Shown piece by piece: positions 29,028-38,598 of a DNA stretch of 64,000 bases. The stretch covers positions 1,637 to 65,636 of the forward strand of contig JAAYJK010000026.1 in assembly GCA_012522955.1 (NCBI GenBank). Direction: 5' to 3'. The stretch's first letter is position 1, and each line of letters begins with the position of its first letter. Made by a program: the position numbers and the translations under genes. The DNA is from Syntrophomonadaceae bacterium (lineage in GTDB: Bacteria > Bacillota > Syntrophomonadia > Syntrophomonadales > Syntrophomonadaceae). The notes below the pieces were generated by a model, which was not told the DNA's origin, searched no databases, and worked only from the letters and a program-made list of their open reading frames with translations.

Positions 29028-29624
29028 TTAAAACCTATCTGTTATTTTTGATTCTTTTCCCGCCATAAGCCGTTGTACATTTTCTCTATGGCGGTATAAA
29101 ACCAAAGCAATCATATATATACTAAGTATTATATAAGGAAGCGGCTGGGGAAACACAAAAATGGCTAAGAGAGGAAAGGCGATAGCACCAATTATAGACC
29201 CCAATGATACGTAACGACTAATAGTAACAGTTAAGATAAAGGTAATTAAAATTACCACAAAGACATTGGGCATAAGAAAAACCATAATTCCAGCCGAAGT
29301 CGCTACTCCCTTACCTCCTTTAAAATTCAAGAAAAGTGAATAGCAATGGCCGCTAATAACCGCTGCTGCACAGAGAGCGGCTAAAAGGGTTCCACCGGCG
29401 GCCAAACCGATCCAAGCGGCAGCCAGCCCTTTGCACAAGTCAGCCGCCAGAGCCAGCAGAGCCACTGCTAGGCCGGAAGTACGAAGTACGTTAGTGGCTC
29501 CGATGTTCCCGCTGCCTCGGGTGCGGATATCCACTTTTCCCAATGCCATCCCAAATATAAGTGAAAAAGGTATGGAACCGATAAGATAGCATAAAGCCAT
29601 GAGAAACACTGCTTTTATCACCAA
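29028..29624 (-). CDS. plsY: glycerol-3-phosphate acyltransferase PlsY
   Basis: 'CYLIGSIPF' and 'GSGNIGATN'. Start set to the TTG at 29624, 7 nt after GGAGGAG. The 68-codon upstream extension in the ORF track overlaps the end of der and has no PlsY-like content. Confidence 0.9.
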   Translation of the reverse strand: MVIKAVFLMALCYLIGSIPFSLIFGMALGKVDIRTRGSGNIGATNVLRTSGLAVALLALAADLCKGLAAAWIGLAAGGTLLAALCAAAVISGHCYSLFLNFKGGKGVATSAGIMVFLMPNVFVVILITFILTVTISRYVSLGSIIGAIAFPLLAIFVFPQPLPYIILSIYMIALVLYRHRENVQRLMAGKESKITDRF

Positions 29625-29769
29625 GTACTCTCCTCCCTGTAATGAAGTCTCTTTACCATCTTGGTTCCCCGCCCAATATAACTTCTCGCAGGGAATCAAG
29701 CTTAGACTGCTTAAACTTTTCTCCATTATAATTATATCGATAAATAGTGCCCTATCAATCTTTAATTGT

Positions 29770-31101
29770 TTAGGCCGGATCTTTGCCCGATTTTTGCCTG
29801 AGCCACAATCGTATAGGACTGCCTTCAAACCCGAAGTTTTTCCTCAACACATTTTCCAGATACCTAGTGTAGGAGAAGTGAATAAGATCGGGATGATTGG
29901 AAAAAAGCACAAAAGTTGGAGGAGCGGTTAAAATCTGAGTTGAATAATATATTTTAGGTTTCTGGCTGCCAGCACCAGGCAGGGGATTTAACATAATCGC
30001 TTCATTGATTACCCGATTCAACTCCGAGGTAGCTATACGGCGGTGGTTTTGTTCAGCTACAAAATCCACCAACTCCAATATTTTAAAAATCCTCCTTTTA
30101 GTTAAGGCAGAAACGTATAAAAGGGGAGAATAGGCCAGGAACTTTAGATCATTACGAATGTTATTATCGAATTCATTCATGGTGTGGCCGTCTTTCTGTA
30201 TTAAATCCCACTTATTCACCACTATAATATTGGCTTTGTTCTGTTCATGAACGTATCCGGCGATCCTTTTATCCTGTTCTATTACTCCACTGCTGGCGTC
30301 CAGCATTATCAACACCACGTCAGCCCGTTCAATGGCTTTTAAAGAACGAATTACGCTATATCTCTCTGTACTCTCACTGATCCGGGATTTCTTTCTAATT
30401 CCGGCAGTATCAATAAGTATGTACTTTTTTCCTTCATATCTGAATGGAGTATCAATGGAGTCCCGGGTAGTACCTGGTACTTCACTGACTATAACCCGTT
30501 GTTCGCCTAAAAAAGAATTGATCAGCGACGATTTGCCTACGTTAGGTCTACCAACTATCGCTATCTTAATGGCATCTTCATCCTCTTGATATTCACCGGC
30601 AGGTTTGAACTGCTCTACTACTGCATCTAAAAGGTCGTTGGTGTTTAAACCGTGCATGGCCGAAACAGGAATGGGCTCTCCCAGCCCCAGACTGTAAAAC
30701 TCAAAATATTCCAGCTGCTTATCAAAGTTTTCTACCTTATTTGCTGCAACAATAACTGGCTTATCGGCTCTTCTTAAGAGTTCAGCCACCTGCCCATCTT
30801 CATGAGTAATACCGTCCTTGCTGTCCACCACCAGTATGATAACATCAGCCTCATCTATAGCCAGTTCAGCCTGCATTTTTACTTCCCGGGTAAATATATT
30901 TTCATCTTTGCCGAACCTGATCCCACCAGTATCAATAATAATAAACTCTCGCCCTGACCATTCCGAAAGATCATAAATTCTATCCCGGGTAACCCCCGGT
31001 ATATCCTCAACTATAGCTTTTCGGCTACCCACCAGGCGATTGAAAAGCGTCGACTTGCCCACATTGGGTCTTCCCACAATGGCTACTATAGGTTTGGCCA
31101 C
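29770..31101 (-). CDS. der: ribosome biogenesis GTPase Der (EngA)
   Basis: 443 aa with two GTPase domains ('GRPNVGKST' and 'GRPNVGKSS') and a KH-like C-terminus. Confidence 0.95.
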   Translation of the reverse strand: MAKPIVAIVGRPNVGKSTLFNRLVGSRKAIVEDIPGVTRDRIYDLSEWSGREFIIIDTGGIRFGKDENIFTREVKMQAELAIDEADVIILVVDSKDGITHEDGQVAELLRRADKPVIVAANKVENFDKQLEYFEFYSLGLGEPIPVSAMHGLNTNDLLDAVVEQFKPAGEYQEDEDAIKIAIVGRPNVGKSSLINSFLGEQRVIVSEVPGTTRDSIDTPFRYEGKKYILIDTAGIRKKSRISESTERYSVIRSLKAIERADVVLIMLDASSGVIEQDKRIAGYVHEQNKANIIVVNKWDLIQKDGHTMNEFDNNIRNDLKFLAYSPLLYVSALTKRRIFKILELVDFVAEQNHRRIATSELNRVINEAIMLNPLPGAGSQKPKIYYSTQILTAPPTFVLFSNHPDLIHFSYTRYLENVLRKNFGFEGSPIRLWLRQKSGKDPA

Positions 31102-31142
31102 CAGCTTGCCTCCCTTCGCTTTTACCTCTATGGCAAAGACAC

Positions 31143-32444
31143 TTATTCTCCCATTATTGCTTCAATCAAGGCTGAAGCAGTCACTTCAATGGCCTTAAGC
31201 TCTGCCCCGCTAGCCTCTTTGATATCCTCCAAACTCATGTCATCCAATAAAATATCCTGTCCCTCTTTAAATATTATCTTCGGAATAAGGATGGTTTTAC
31301 CCTCATAATCTTGACCCAGGGTTTTGATTATATCGCTGCCAGTTAATAAGCCGGTTACCGTCACCTGCCCCCCAAAATAGTCATTCCTGACCGGTAGTAA
31401 ATGAAGCTTCAGACCCTGGATACGATTCAGGCGGGATATTATTTCTTCCCATATCTCCAGCGCCGACTGACCGGTCAAGATGTACATTTCGCGCTCCTGC
31501 ATGTTTGCGGGTAGATGTTTTTCCTCCTCAGCAAATTCATCTAAAAAGATTCGGCCAATGCCAATTCCGTTTTCCACCTGGGGAAAATCATCATAGTCTT
31601 CCCCGGCCGGTAAAGGCTGTCCTGCCTTCAGGTAGATTTCGTCAGCCCCATAAACCAAGCCATAGCCCAGCTCGGACCGGAATCGCTTCTGGTAGCCATG
31701 GATAAGATTGATTAAATCCATGGCTTCGGACTCTTTAATGGTTCTCAGTTCCTGCAGCCCTTCTCGATGTCCGGTAAGGCCTACTGGTACAATACCAATA
31801 GATGCCACTGAAGGATATAGCTCCGCCAGTCCCTCTATAGTCTCCTCCAATACCTGACCGTCATTAATGCCAGGGCAAAGTACTATTTGAGTATGACACT
31901 GGATCCCCGCCTGGCTCAAACGCAGCAAATCCTGTCTTATCTGGCCTGCTCTCTGGTTGCCCAAGAGCATAGATCGCAACTGGGGCTGCAGGGCATGCAC
32001 CGATATGTATAAAGGACTCAGCCTCATAGTAATGATTTTCTCCCAGTCCTGCTCCCTTAGATTGCTCAGGGTAATAAAGTTGCCGAACAAAAAGGAATGC
32101 CTATAGTCGTCATCTTTTATGTACAGGGTTTTGCGCAAATGAAGAGGCAACTGATCTATAAAACAAAAGATACAGCGGTTTTGGCATGATTTCATACGGT
32201 CAAATAACAGATCTTCAAATTCCAGGCCCAAATCTTCATCATAATCCTTTTCCACTTCCACCGCCCATATATTTCCATTGGCTTTCTTGAGTCTTAATTC
32301 CAATTGATCGGAGCGGACCCAAAAATGGTAATCCAGTATATCATTGATTTCTTTACCATCTATGGATAACAGGGTATCTCCCGGAACCAGGCCTACCTCA
32401 TCAGCTATGCTTGATGCTTCCACCTTTACTATTAATGCCGGCAT
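31143..32444 (-). CDS. PDZ-domain radical SAM protein with a DUF512 C-terminal domain
   Basis: N-terminal PDZ-like 'GLVPGDTLLSIDGKEI' and the CX3CX2C motif 'CQNRCIFC'. Start set to the ATG at 32444, after GGAGGGGAG. The position upstream of der is widely conserved (from memory). Confidence 0.8.
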   Translation of the reverse strand: MPALIVKVEASSIADEVGLVPGDTLLSIDGKEINDILDYHFWVRSDQLELRLKKANGNIWAVEVEKDYDEDLGLEFEDLLFDRMKSCQNRCIFCFIDQLPLHLRKTLYIKDDDYRHSFLFGNFITLSNLREQDWEKIITMRLSPLYISVHALQPQLRSMLLGNQRAGQIRQDLLRLSQAGIQCHTQIVLCPGINDGQVLEETIEGLAELYPSVASIGIVPVGLTGHREGLQELRTIKESEAMDLINLIHGYQKRFRSELGYGLVYGADEIYLKAGQPLPAGEDYDDFPQVENGIGIGRIFLDEFAEEEKHLPANMQEREMYILTGQSALEIWEEIISRLNRIQGLKLHLLPVRNDYFGGQVTVTGLLTGSDIIKTLGQDYEGKTILIPKIIFKEGQDILLDDMSLEDIKEASGAELKAIEVTASALIEAIMGE

Positions 32445-32525
32445 AATACTCCCCTCCAAGATTCAATAAATCTTCTAAACAATTATCTACTAAAAAGCAG
32501 ATATCTGCAAGAACGAAGGGACGAT

Positions 32526-32954
32526 TCAACCCGGCTTCACTCGTGCTACTAATTCTTCCAGTACTCGATGCTGGAAACGCCACAGGATTTGGCGGGCCAG
32601 GAGGTTAAGGTGCCTGCCCCCCAAAAACGGAGGCACTTTGCTTAACCACCCTAATATTCGGTCCCCGCGAGTGGAAACTGATTCTACTAGCAAATCCCCG
32701 GCAGCAAAGCTTAGAATATTTCGCAAATCCTCAATGCTTCTCTTAACCATCCATAAGTCTTTGCCTCCGCCCAGAGTATAAACCTGGTTTCCTTTACTAT
32801 CACTTCCAATATATAATGGACCCAAAAGCAGATCCCGGTAGGGAAGCTTTTCCAGGCTCTCCGGCTGCTCCAGGGAAGGCAATTTATCCAGGTATATATG
32901 AGCGGCAATAAGCGCTGCCTGTATCGGGTTATGACCAAGGAAAATAATCTTCAT
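32526..32954 (-). CDS. DUF3189-like protein (paralog 2)
   Basis: 142 aa. The N-terminus 'KIIFLGHNPIQAALIAAHIYL' is parallel to that of its upstream neighbour. The family name is from memory. Confidence 0.6.
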   Translation of the reverse strand: MKIIFLGHNPIQAALIAAHIYLDKLPSLEQPESLEKLPYRDLLLGPLYIGSDSKGNQVYTLGGGKDLWMVKRSIEDLRNILSFAAGDLLVESVSTRGDRILGWLSKVPPFLGGRHLNLLARQILWRFQHRVLEELVARVKPG

Positions 32955-33437
32955 TTAAACCCCTGAGCCCCTCAAGCTCTTTAGACGTACTGTTTCCACC
33001 AGGTTAACTAAAGTAAGGAAGGCTTTTCTGGTTCCCCTGACTAATACTGGACGGCCAGGAAAGATTAATCCCATGCGCCGGGACAGAAAGCCACCCAATT
33101 TCATACTCCAATTAACCCGGTTCAGACAATCGACGGCTATTAAATCATCCTCCCTACCCATAATTTTTGCCACCCCCATTAGAATATGAGTATATTTCTC
33201 CCCCATGCCTTTTTTCCCTAACACATACACTTCATTTCCGCTTTCATCAATGCCCATAAAGCGTATGGAGCCAAAATCACCATTGTCAGTTTTATCATAA
33301 TAAGGTATAGCCATCATTTCTTCTAAGGTGGGCAGCCGATGTTTTTCAATCCATTTTAAATGTAAGGCAGCAGCAATTACCGATGAATGTGCTCCACCAT
33401 AACAGTGATAAATTATTTTCAAAAGCCTCACCCTCAT
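32955..33437 (-). CDS. DUF3189-like protein (paralog 1)
   Basis: 160 aa with 'KIIYHCYGGAHSSVIAAALHL'. Abuts paralog 2 with no gap. Confidence 0.6.
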   Translation of the reverse strand: MRVRLLKIIYHCYGGAHSSVIAAALHLKWIEKHRLPTLEEMMAIPYYDKTDNGDFGSIRFMGIDESGNEVYVLGKKGMGEKYTHILMGVAKIMGREDDLIAVDCLNRVNWSMKLGGFLSRRMGLIFPGRPVLVRGTRKAFLTLVNLVETVRLKSLRGSGV

Positions 33438-33471
33438 TACTTAATGCTTCCTGCCCCGCTAAGAATACCTG

Positions 33472-33666
33472 CTAATGTTTGCATACAAAATAGACTCCAT
33501 TCTCCAAATCATGTACAACTCCGCCCAAAACCCGGGCTAAGAGTAGACTTATATGTTCCATTTCCTCCTGCCCCTGAGCTAAAAAGACTGGACATCCTCC
33601 ATTCTTAATCTTGTCTTTTTCACAGGTAACTATAGCCAGTATATATTCATTTAAACCGGTATTCAT
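33472..33666 (-). CDS. small partner protein of the YIEGIA protein ('capping complex subunit for YIEGIA' type)
   Basis: 64 aa from the ATG at 33666, which is 1 nt after the YIEGIA gene stop (TGATATG). Sequence MNTGLNEYILAIVTCEKDK... The family name is from memory. Confidence 0.55.
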   Translation of the reverse strand: MNTGLNEYILAIVTCEKDKIKNGGCPVFLAQGQEEMEHISLLLARVLGGVVHDLENGVYFVCKH

Positions 33667-33667
33667 A

Positions 33668-34558
33668 TCAATCTGCCGCCTTTCTACCATAGTAAGAAAA
33701 AAGGGTAGTACCCCGAGTTGATTCCAGAACCGGCACCTTTTTCACCACTTCTATCAGCATCTCTATATCAGGTTCATTGGCTACCACAAAGAATGCCAGG
33801 TATCCCTGATCAACCTGCTTTCTAGCCAGAGGCATCAATTCGGTCTCATTGATATCTACTTTGCTCCCCAGTATGGACACCACATCATGGATAATGGCCT
33901 TTCTCTGCCCAGGATTATCCAGATTTAGACGGGCATTGTCATCTCTGGGTTTAATTATAACTCCCATACCCTCATCCATGATTTTTTGACGGGTCTGGGG
34001 CAAACCCACATTCATCATAACTACATCCTCCACCATTAAGAGGGAACCCTTAAAATCGATCCGGCCTTTTTCTACCTGAGCAATATCTCCAATAAAAGAA
34101 CCACCCATAAGCCTCAGGGAAACTATTATACTGATGGGGGCTACAATAAAGGCATATTTTAATCCTCCCAGCTGTGCCGCAGCACTGCTGGACAAGGCAG
34201 TCATAATAACCAGATAATTGCGAGCCTCAAAGACCCTGGCAATCCCTTCTATATAAGCTGTACCCCGGCTTATTATTTTACTTTCTTCTAGTTTCATGAG
34301 GGTTTCCCGTTCCATATTCCTTACCTCACGAAACTGCTGGGCGGCAAGCACCAGAAATGTTACCGCTACATAATCGGGTTTGGCTATGGCAGGAACCGCA
34401 ACTGCCCCCAGACTGGCCGCAATAAACCCCAGGGCCAGGTGAATTAACTGCCCATGAGGATAGGTAGGATAATGGCGATAATCGCTGCGCAACAACAACC
34501 AGCGGTTTATAAGACCAGCCACTATTCCTGTTGCTATTACCACACCATAGCTCGCCAT
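33668..34558 (-). CDS. YIEGIA family membrane protein
   Basis: 296 aa and polytopic. Contains the literal motif 'RGTAYIEGIARVFEARN'. Confidence 0.85.
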   Translation of the reverse strand: MASYGVVIATGIVAGLINRWLLLRSDYRHYPTYPHGQLIHLALGFIAASLGAVAVPAIAKPDYVAVTFLVLAAQQFREVRNMERETLMKLEESKIISRGTAYIEGIARVFEARNYLVIMTALSSSAAAQLGGLKYAFIVAPISIIVSLRLMGGSFIGDIAQVEKGRIDFKGSLLMVEDVVMMNVGLPQTRQKIMDEGMGVIIKPRDDNARLNLDNPGQRKAIIHDVVSILGSKVDINETELMPLARKQVDQGYLAFFVVANEPDIEMLIEVVKKVPVLESTRGTTLFSYYGRKAAD

Positions 34559-34559
34559 G

Positions 34560-35615
34560 CTATTTGCTGCTGTATCCTTTGTTAAGCAGGTAGAACCCCC
34601 CGCCAGCTGCCGCTACCACTACTAACAATATAATGACGCTGGTAAAGCCTCCCTGTTCATTCTGGCTCAGGGGTTTGGCCTCCGGATCCTTATTACCATC
34701 AGAGTTACCCGCTAATACAGATTGCATAGTACCGGCAAATAGTTTGACTCCTTCTGTAGCAGACTTTTTATCATTGGTATGGGCTCCTACCTCAAGCAAA
34801 ATGGCCCGGGGACTTAAATCCTGGTTATAATCTCCTTTGCCCATGAATATGCCATTGGATAGTCCGGGAGACTGCTTATCCATAACCGCCTTGATCTGCT
34901 TGGCAAACTCCAGATTGGTTTTCATATTAGGATTTTGCTTGCCCACTACCAGCTTGATTTTGGTTACATCCTGACCTTCCACTTTAGCCTGATATACATC
35001 CGGAGGTACCGCATCCCGATGTATATCCACAACTACATTGGGATTTTCCTTTTTTATCAGAGTAAGGGCTGTTTTTCGAGAGCGGTTGTAGGCATTTATA
35101 TCATGGGGATTATGGTTGTTTTTGTTGTATTGCACATTAAAGCCCAGGCTCTTAAGTTCGTCTACAAAAGCCTGACCTACATCATAAATGCCTCCATTCC
35201 CTTCTCTGCTCTCTGTTCCGTCTGAAGGCACATAAGACTCGTCACTATGGGTATGGTAGACAGCTATGGTAGACTTCTGCTCCCCGGAAAGTACTGCTAT
35301 TTCCTGTCCTTTAAAAACCCAGGCCTGCTTTCTGCTATCAAAGCTTACTACCGGCATCCGCTCTTCTCCCTGATAAGCGCAGATAGCAATGTCGCCCTGA
35401 ATTTCTACTACCTTGTATCGGGCATTGTCAGCACTGATATATTCATCTCCCTCATGAACCCTCATTGCAGTCTGATGAATAATATTGTTGTTTTCATCCA
35501 CCAGAGTAAAGTATTGTCCTGAAGGCATCTCTTCATTAGCGCTACAAAGTGATACCCCCATCAGGGTCCATAATATAGTTAAACTCAAGGTGATTATTAG
35601 CAGCTTTTTAGGCAT
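34560..35615 (-). CDS. spoIIP: stage II sporulation protein P
   Basis: 'IAVYHTHSDESYVP', 'VVDIHRDA' and 'LLEVGAHTN'. Start set to the ATG at 35615 (MPKKLL), after GGGGGTGA. Confidence 0.9.
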   Translation of the reverse strand: MPKKLLIITLSLTILWTLMGVSLCSANEEMPSGQYFTLVDENNNIIHQTAMRVHEGDEYISADNARYKVVEIQGDIAICAYQGEERMPVVSFDSRKQAWVFKGQEIAVLSGEQKSTIAVYHTHSDESYVPSDGTESREGNGGIYDVGQAFVDELKSLGFNVQYNKNNHNPHDINAYNRSRKTALTLIKKENPNVVVDIHRDAVPPDVYQAKVEGQDVTKIKLVVGKQNPNMKTNLEFAKQIKAVMDKQSPGLSNGIFMGKGDYNQDLSPRAILLEVGAHTNDKKSATEGVKLFAGTMQSVLAGNSDGNKDPEAKPLSQNEQGGFTSVIILLVVVAAAGGGFYLLNKGYSSK

Positions 35616-36372
35616 CCTTATCACCCCCTGTAATGTCACTATTATTTTGCTCCTGATTAGCTCCTCGTTCTTCTCTTCCCGGCCTCTCTGTCTCTGCCAA
35701 GGGCTTGCGGGCTGGCTCCGGTTCTCTTAGATGCTGAATTAATTCTTCTGGCCGACCTTCGCTTTTGGGGCCACCCTGCAAACGTTCCAGGGTTTCCCCT
35801 ACCACTTCTGCAAGGAGTACCGCCAATATTCCGGCCAGGATCAGCGAATCAAAAGCTCCCGCTCCACCTACATGCACGGTTCCCCTTAATCCAGTGTTGG
35901 CCAGGTAAAAATATTGCCCGATATCCAGAGTTAGTACTGCCATGACTGCAGCAAAAAATGCCCCCCTCCGGGATCTGCCGGCCAGATAACCTACTAAGCC
36001 CGCTACCAGGGGATAAATATATATAGGATCGATAAAGATAGCTTCTGGTTCCGCCCCCAGGTACCTAGCCGCAATAAATAAGGCCAGAGCGGTTACTGCC
36101 GCCGCAATTATGGCCCGGATTTTTTCATAGAAGGTACCGGCTCCAGCCAATACATATATAGCTAGGCCAACAGCCACCAAGCCTCCAAGGTTAAGGGTGA
36201 TACGCGGGCTAATGGGAATATCAACGAAGCTTCCTGCGATTATGGCTAGTATTATGGCCAATGCTGCCCGATCACTCAATCTAAGCTTGTCCAGCACCCG
36301 GTGTGCTGCTCCAAAATAGATTAGTATTGAAACCACCACCAGTGTTATCAGCCCCAAGGGAAAATTAGTCAT
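35608..36372 (-). CDS. DUF1614 membrane protein with a disordered charged C-terminal tail
   Basis: 254 aa and multi-TM. The tail is rich in E/R/P/G. The family call is from memory. Confidence 0.65.
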   Translation of the reverse strand: MTNFPLGLITLVVVSILIYFGAAHRVLDKLRLSDRAALAIILAIIAGSFVDIPISPRITLNLGGLVAVGLAIYVLAGAGTFYEKIRAIIAAAVTALALFIAARYLGAEPEAIFIDPIYIYPLVAGLVGYLAGRSRRGAFFAAVMAVLTLDIGQYFYLANTGLRGTVHVGGAGAFDSLILAGILAVLLAEVVGETLERLQGGPKSEGRPEELIQHLREPEPARKPLAETERPGREERGANQEQNNSDITGGDKDA

Positions 36373-36513
36373 TTCAACTCATCCTTTCACTAGTATTTAT
36401 GTGAGTAGGTTTCCCTTAAGACGGCTTTTTATGTAGTTAAAAGGGCCGTTAATACCACGGCCTGCATAGCTCCTGTCATCAACCCTGACAAGAGCTGGGC
36501 AGAAACCATAAAA

Positions 36514-36541
36514 AGAGGTGTTCCGGCCGAGGAATACCTCT
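36514..36541 (-). terminator. terminator downstream of fni (A/T-flanked)
   Basis: AGAGGTGTTCC-GGCCGA-GGAATACCTCT with an A-run and a T-run on the two flanks. Confidence 0.75.
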
Positions 36542-36659
36542 TTTTTAATTCTTATACTTAGTTTGAAGGGGATGGCCTGACTTGGTCCAGTTTTGTGTAT
36601 GCTCTTATCTGGGCCAGGGCCTGGCTGACAGGATTATAATTAATTGTGCCATGGGAAAT

Positions 36660-37721
36660 TTAGCGGCAAGACCATTTATACTTGTCAATGCCACGACTCT
36701 CTATCCATTGGGCAGTTTCATTCATTATTATTAAAGGCTTCTCTTTAATCTCTTCCGGGGTACGAGCTCCAGTCATTAAGAAAACCGCCTTTAAGCGATA
36801 AAACAGGGCTTTGATTTCCTTTTCCAGTTCTCCCGGACCATGATTGAGCAAGATTTTCAATAAGGATCCAGCCATACCTACCATATCAGCTCCCAAAGCC
36901 AAAGCTTTGGCTGCATCAAGAGCCGACCTGATCCCTCCGGAGGCAATGATCTTTACCGGAAATTCCATACTAAGGGCTTCTATAAGACTTACTGCCGTAG
37001 GTATACCCCATCCATCTAACTCACTGCCAAACATACCCCGGCGTTGGTCTTCTATGGATACGAAATTAGTCCCTCCCTGACCGCCAATATCAAAAATGCT
37101 GACCCCGGTTTGATAAATTCGCTCTATGCTCTCCCGGGAGAAGCCGAATCCTACTTCCTTAGCAATAATGGGAACCGGGCAGTTTTCACTGATCTTTTTT
37201 ACTCTCTCAAGTATGCCTTTAAAAGAACGTTCTCCCTCCGGCATAGCCAATTCCTGAGGTATGTTAAAATGCAATTGCAGGCCATCCGCCTGTATCATCT
37301 CTACCGCTTCAATAGCCTCCTTAACTCCACTGGCAGCTGATATATTGGCCAGTATCACACCATCCGGATTGGCCTCGCGCACCAGGGCAAAAGTATATCT
37401 TAGGCTTGGGTCTTCAATAGCTATGGTTTGTGAGCCCACTGCCATAGCTATGTGCTGCCGGGCGGCCAGGGTGGATAAGGCCCTGTTAATGTCTGCCGCC
37501 TGCTCAGTGCCTCCGGTAATAGCATTTATCAGCAAAGGATATTTAAGTTTTTTACCTAAAAATATATAGCTCAGATCGATTTCCTCCAGCTCCAGCTCTG
37601 GTACTGAATTATTGATCAAACTTATGTTTTCCAGGCCGCTGGATCCTGGTCCAGCAGGCAGATGTTGGGCTAAAAGCAGGTGTTCGTCCTTGCGTTTTCC
37701 TCTTATTTTCTTATCCTCCAT
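36660..37721 (-). CDS. fni: type 2 (FMN-dependent) isopentenyl-diphosphate delta-isomerase
   Basis: 353 aa with 'RKDEHL', 'AKEVGFG', 'GGQGGTNF' and 'ASGGIR'. Confidence 0.92.
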   Translation of the reverse strand: MEDKKIRGKRKDEHLLLAQHLPAGPGSSGLENISLINNSVPELELEEIDLSYIFLGKKLKYPLLINAITGGTEQAADINRALSTLAARQHIAMAVGSQTIAIEDPSLRYTFALVREANPDGVILANISAASGVKEAIEAVEMIQADGLQLHFNIPQELAMPEGERSFKGILERVKKISENCPVPIIAKEVGFGFSRESIERIYQTGVSIFDIGGQGGTNFVSIEDQRRGMFGSELDGWGIPTAVSLIEALSMEFPVKIIASGGIRSALDAAKALALGADMVGMAGSLLKILLNHGPGELEKEIKALFYRLKAVFLMTGARTPEEIKEKPLIIMNETAQWIESRGIDKYKWSCR

Positions 37722-38298
37722 ACATTTCTCTAGCTCTGATCAGAGCCGCCATATCGTTCACATTGAAGAACATAGTTTCCAAATTGCCGAAGGGTAATAA
37801 TTCATTCTCGTACAGGTAACGGGTATTAATGCTCTCTACGAACCTGGTTAATTTCAATTTGTTGTTTTCCAGACAGTCAATAAGCTCCGGCATGCAAGTA
37901 GAATTATATACTGCCGACAAAGGCTGTAACTTCCTGTTAATGACTGGAACCACACAATCATATCCATCCCCTTGGCTAAACATATAGGCCGCCAATTCCA
38001 TGCTGAAGAAAGGCATATCACAAGCCAATAAGAAAATGCTCTCATATTTAGAAAAGTATAAGCCGGCATGTATTCCGGCCATAGGACCCATTTGAGGATA
38101 TAGATCAGTATACACCGACGGCGCCATACCATGATACAATTCTGGCTCATTGGTGATTATCATCAAATCATCGAAGTATTTGCTAAACTTATTAATAATT
38201 ATCTCCAGTACCGGGGTACCTGAGATATCAGCAAATGCCTTGTTAAAGTTCATCCTGGAACTTCTTCCCCCTGACAGTATTACTCCACTGAGTCGCAT
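37711..38298 (-). CDS. mobA: molybdenum cofactor guanylyltransferase MobA
   Basis: 'GVILSGGRSSRM' and 'ACDMPF'. Start set to the ATG at 38298 (MRLSGV), after a G7 SD. Confidence 0.85.
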   Translation of the reverse strand: MRLSGVILSGGRSSRMNFNKAFADISGTPVLEIIINKFSKYFDDLMIITNEPELYHGMAPSVYTDLYPQMGPMAGIHAGLYFSKYESIFLLACDMPFFSMELAAYMFSQGDGYDCVVPVINRKLQPLSAVYNSTCMPELIDCLENNKLKLTRFVESINTRYLYENELLPFGNLETMFFNVNDMAALIRAREMYGG

Positions 38299-38372
38299 AA
38301 TTCCCCCCCTGTACATCGGTGTTGGTCCTTGGTATAAAAAAAGCTGCCCCAGGCAGCTTAATACTTGACTCT

Positions 38373-38573
38373 TCACCCGCTACTCATGCTGCAGGTGTCA
38401 CATTTTTCAGGTGCAGTTGTGGTTCGCTTACCCCCGGTGTTAAATATAGAGAGCCTCTGCTCTACTCGCGAAGATGAACATTGGGGGCATTGAACATTTT
38501 TTCTTTCCGAGTAAGATACTAAAAGGTCAAATTGTGTACCACAATCTTCACATTTATATTCAAATATCGGCAT
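38373..38573 (-). CDS. FmdB family zinc-ribbon protein
   Basis: 66 aa with 'MPIFEYKCEDCG...CPQC'. Confidence 0.85.
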   Translation of the reverse strand: MPIFEYKCEDCGTQFDLLVSYSERKNVQCPQCSSSRVEQRLSIFNTGGKRTTTAPEKCDTCSMSSG

Positions 38574-38598
38574 TAACCGTCACCTCAAAAGCTTATTT

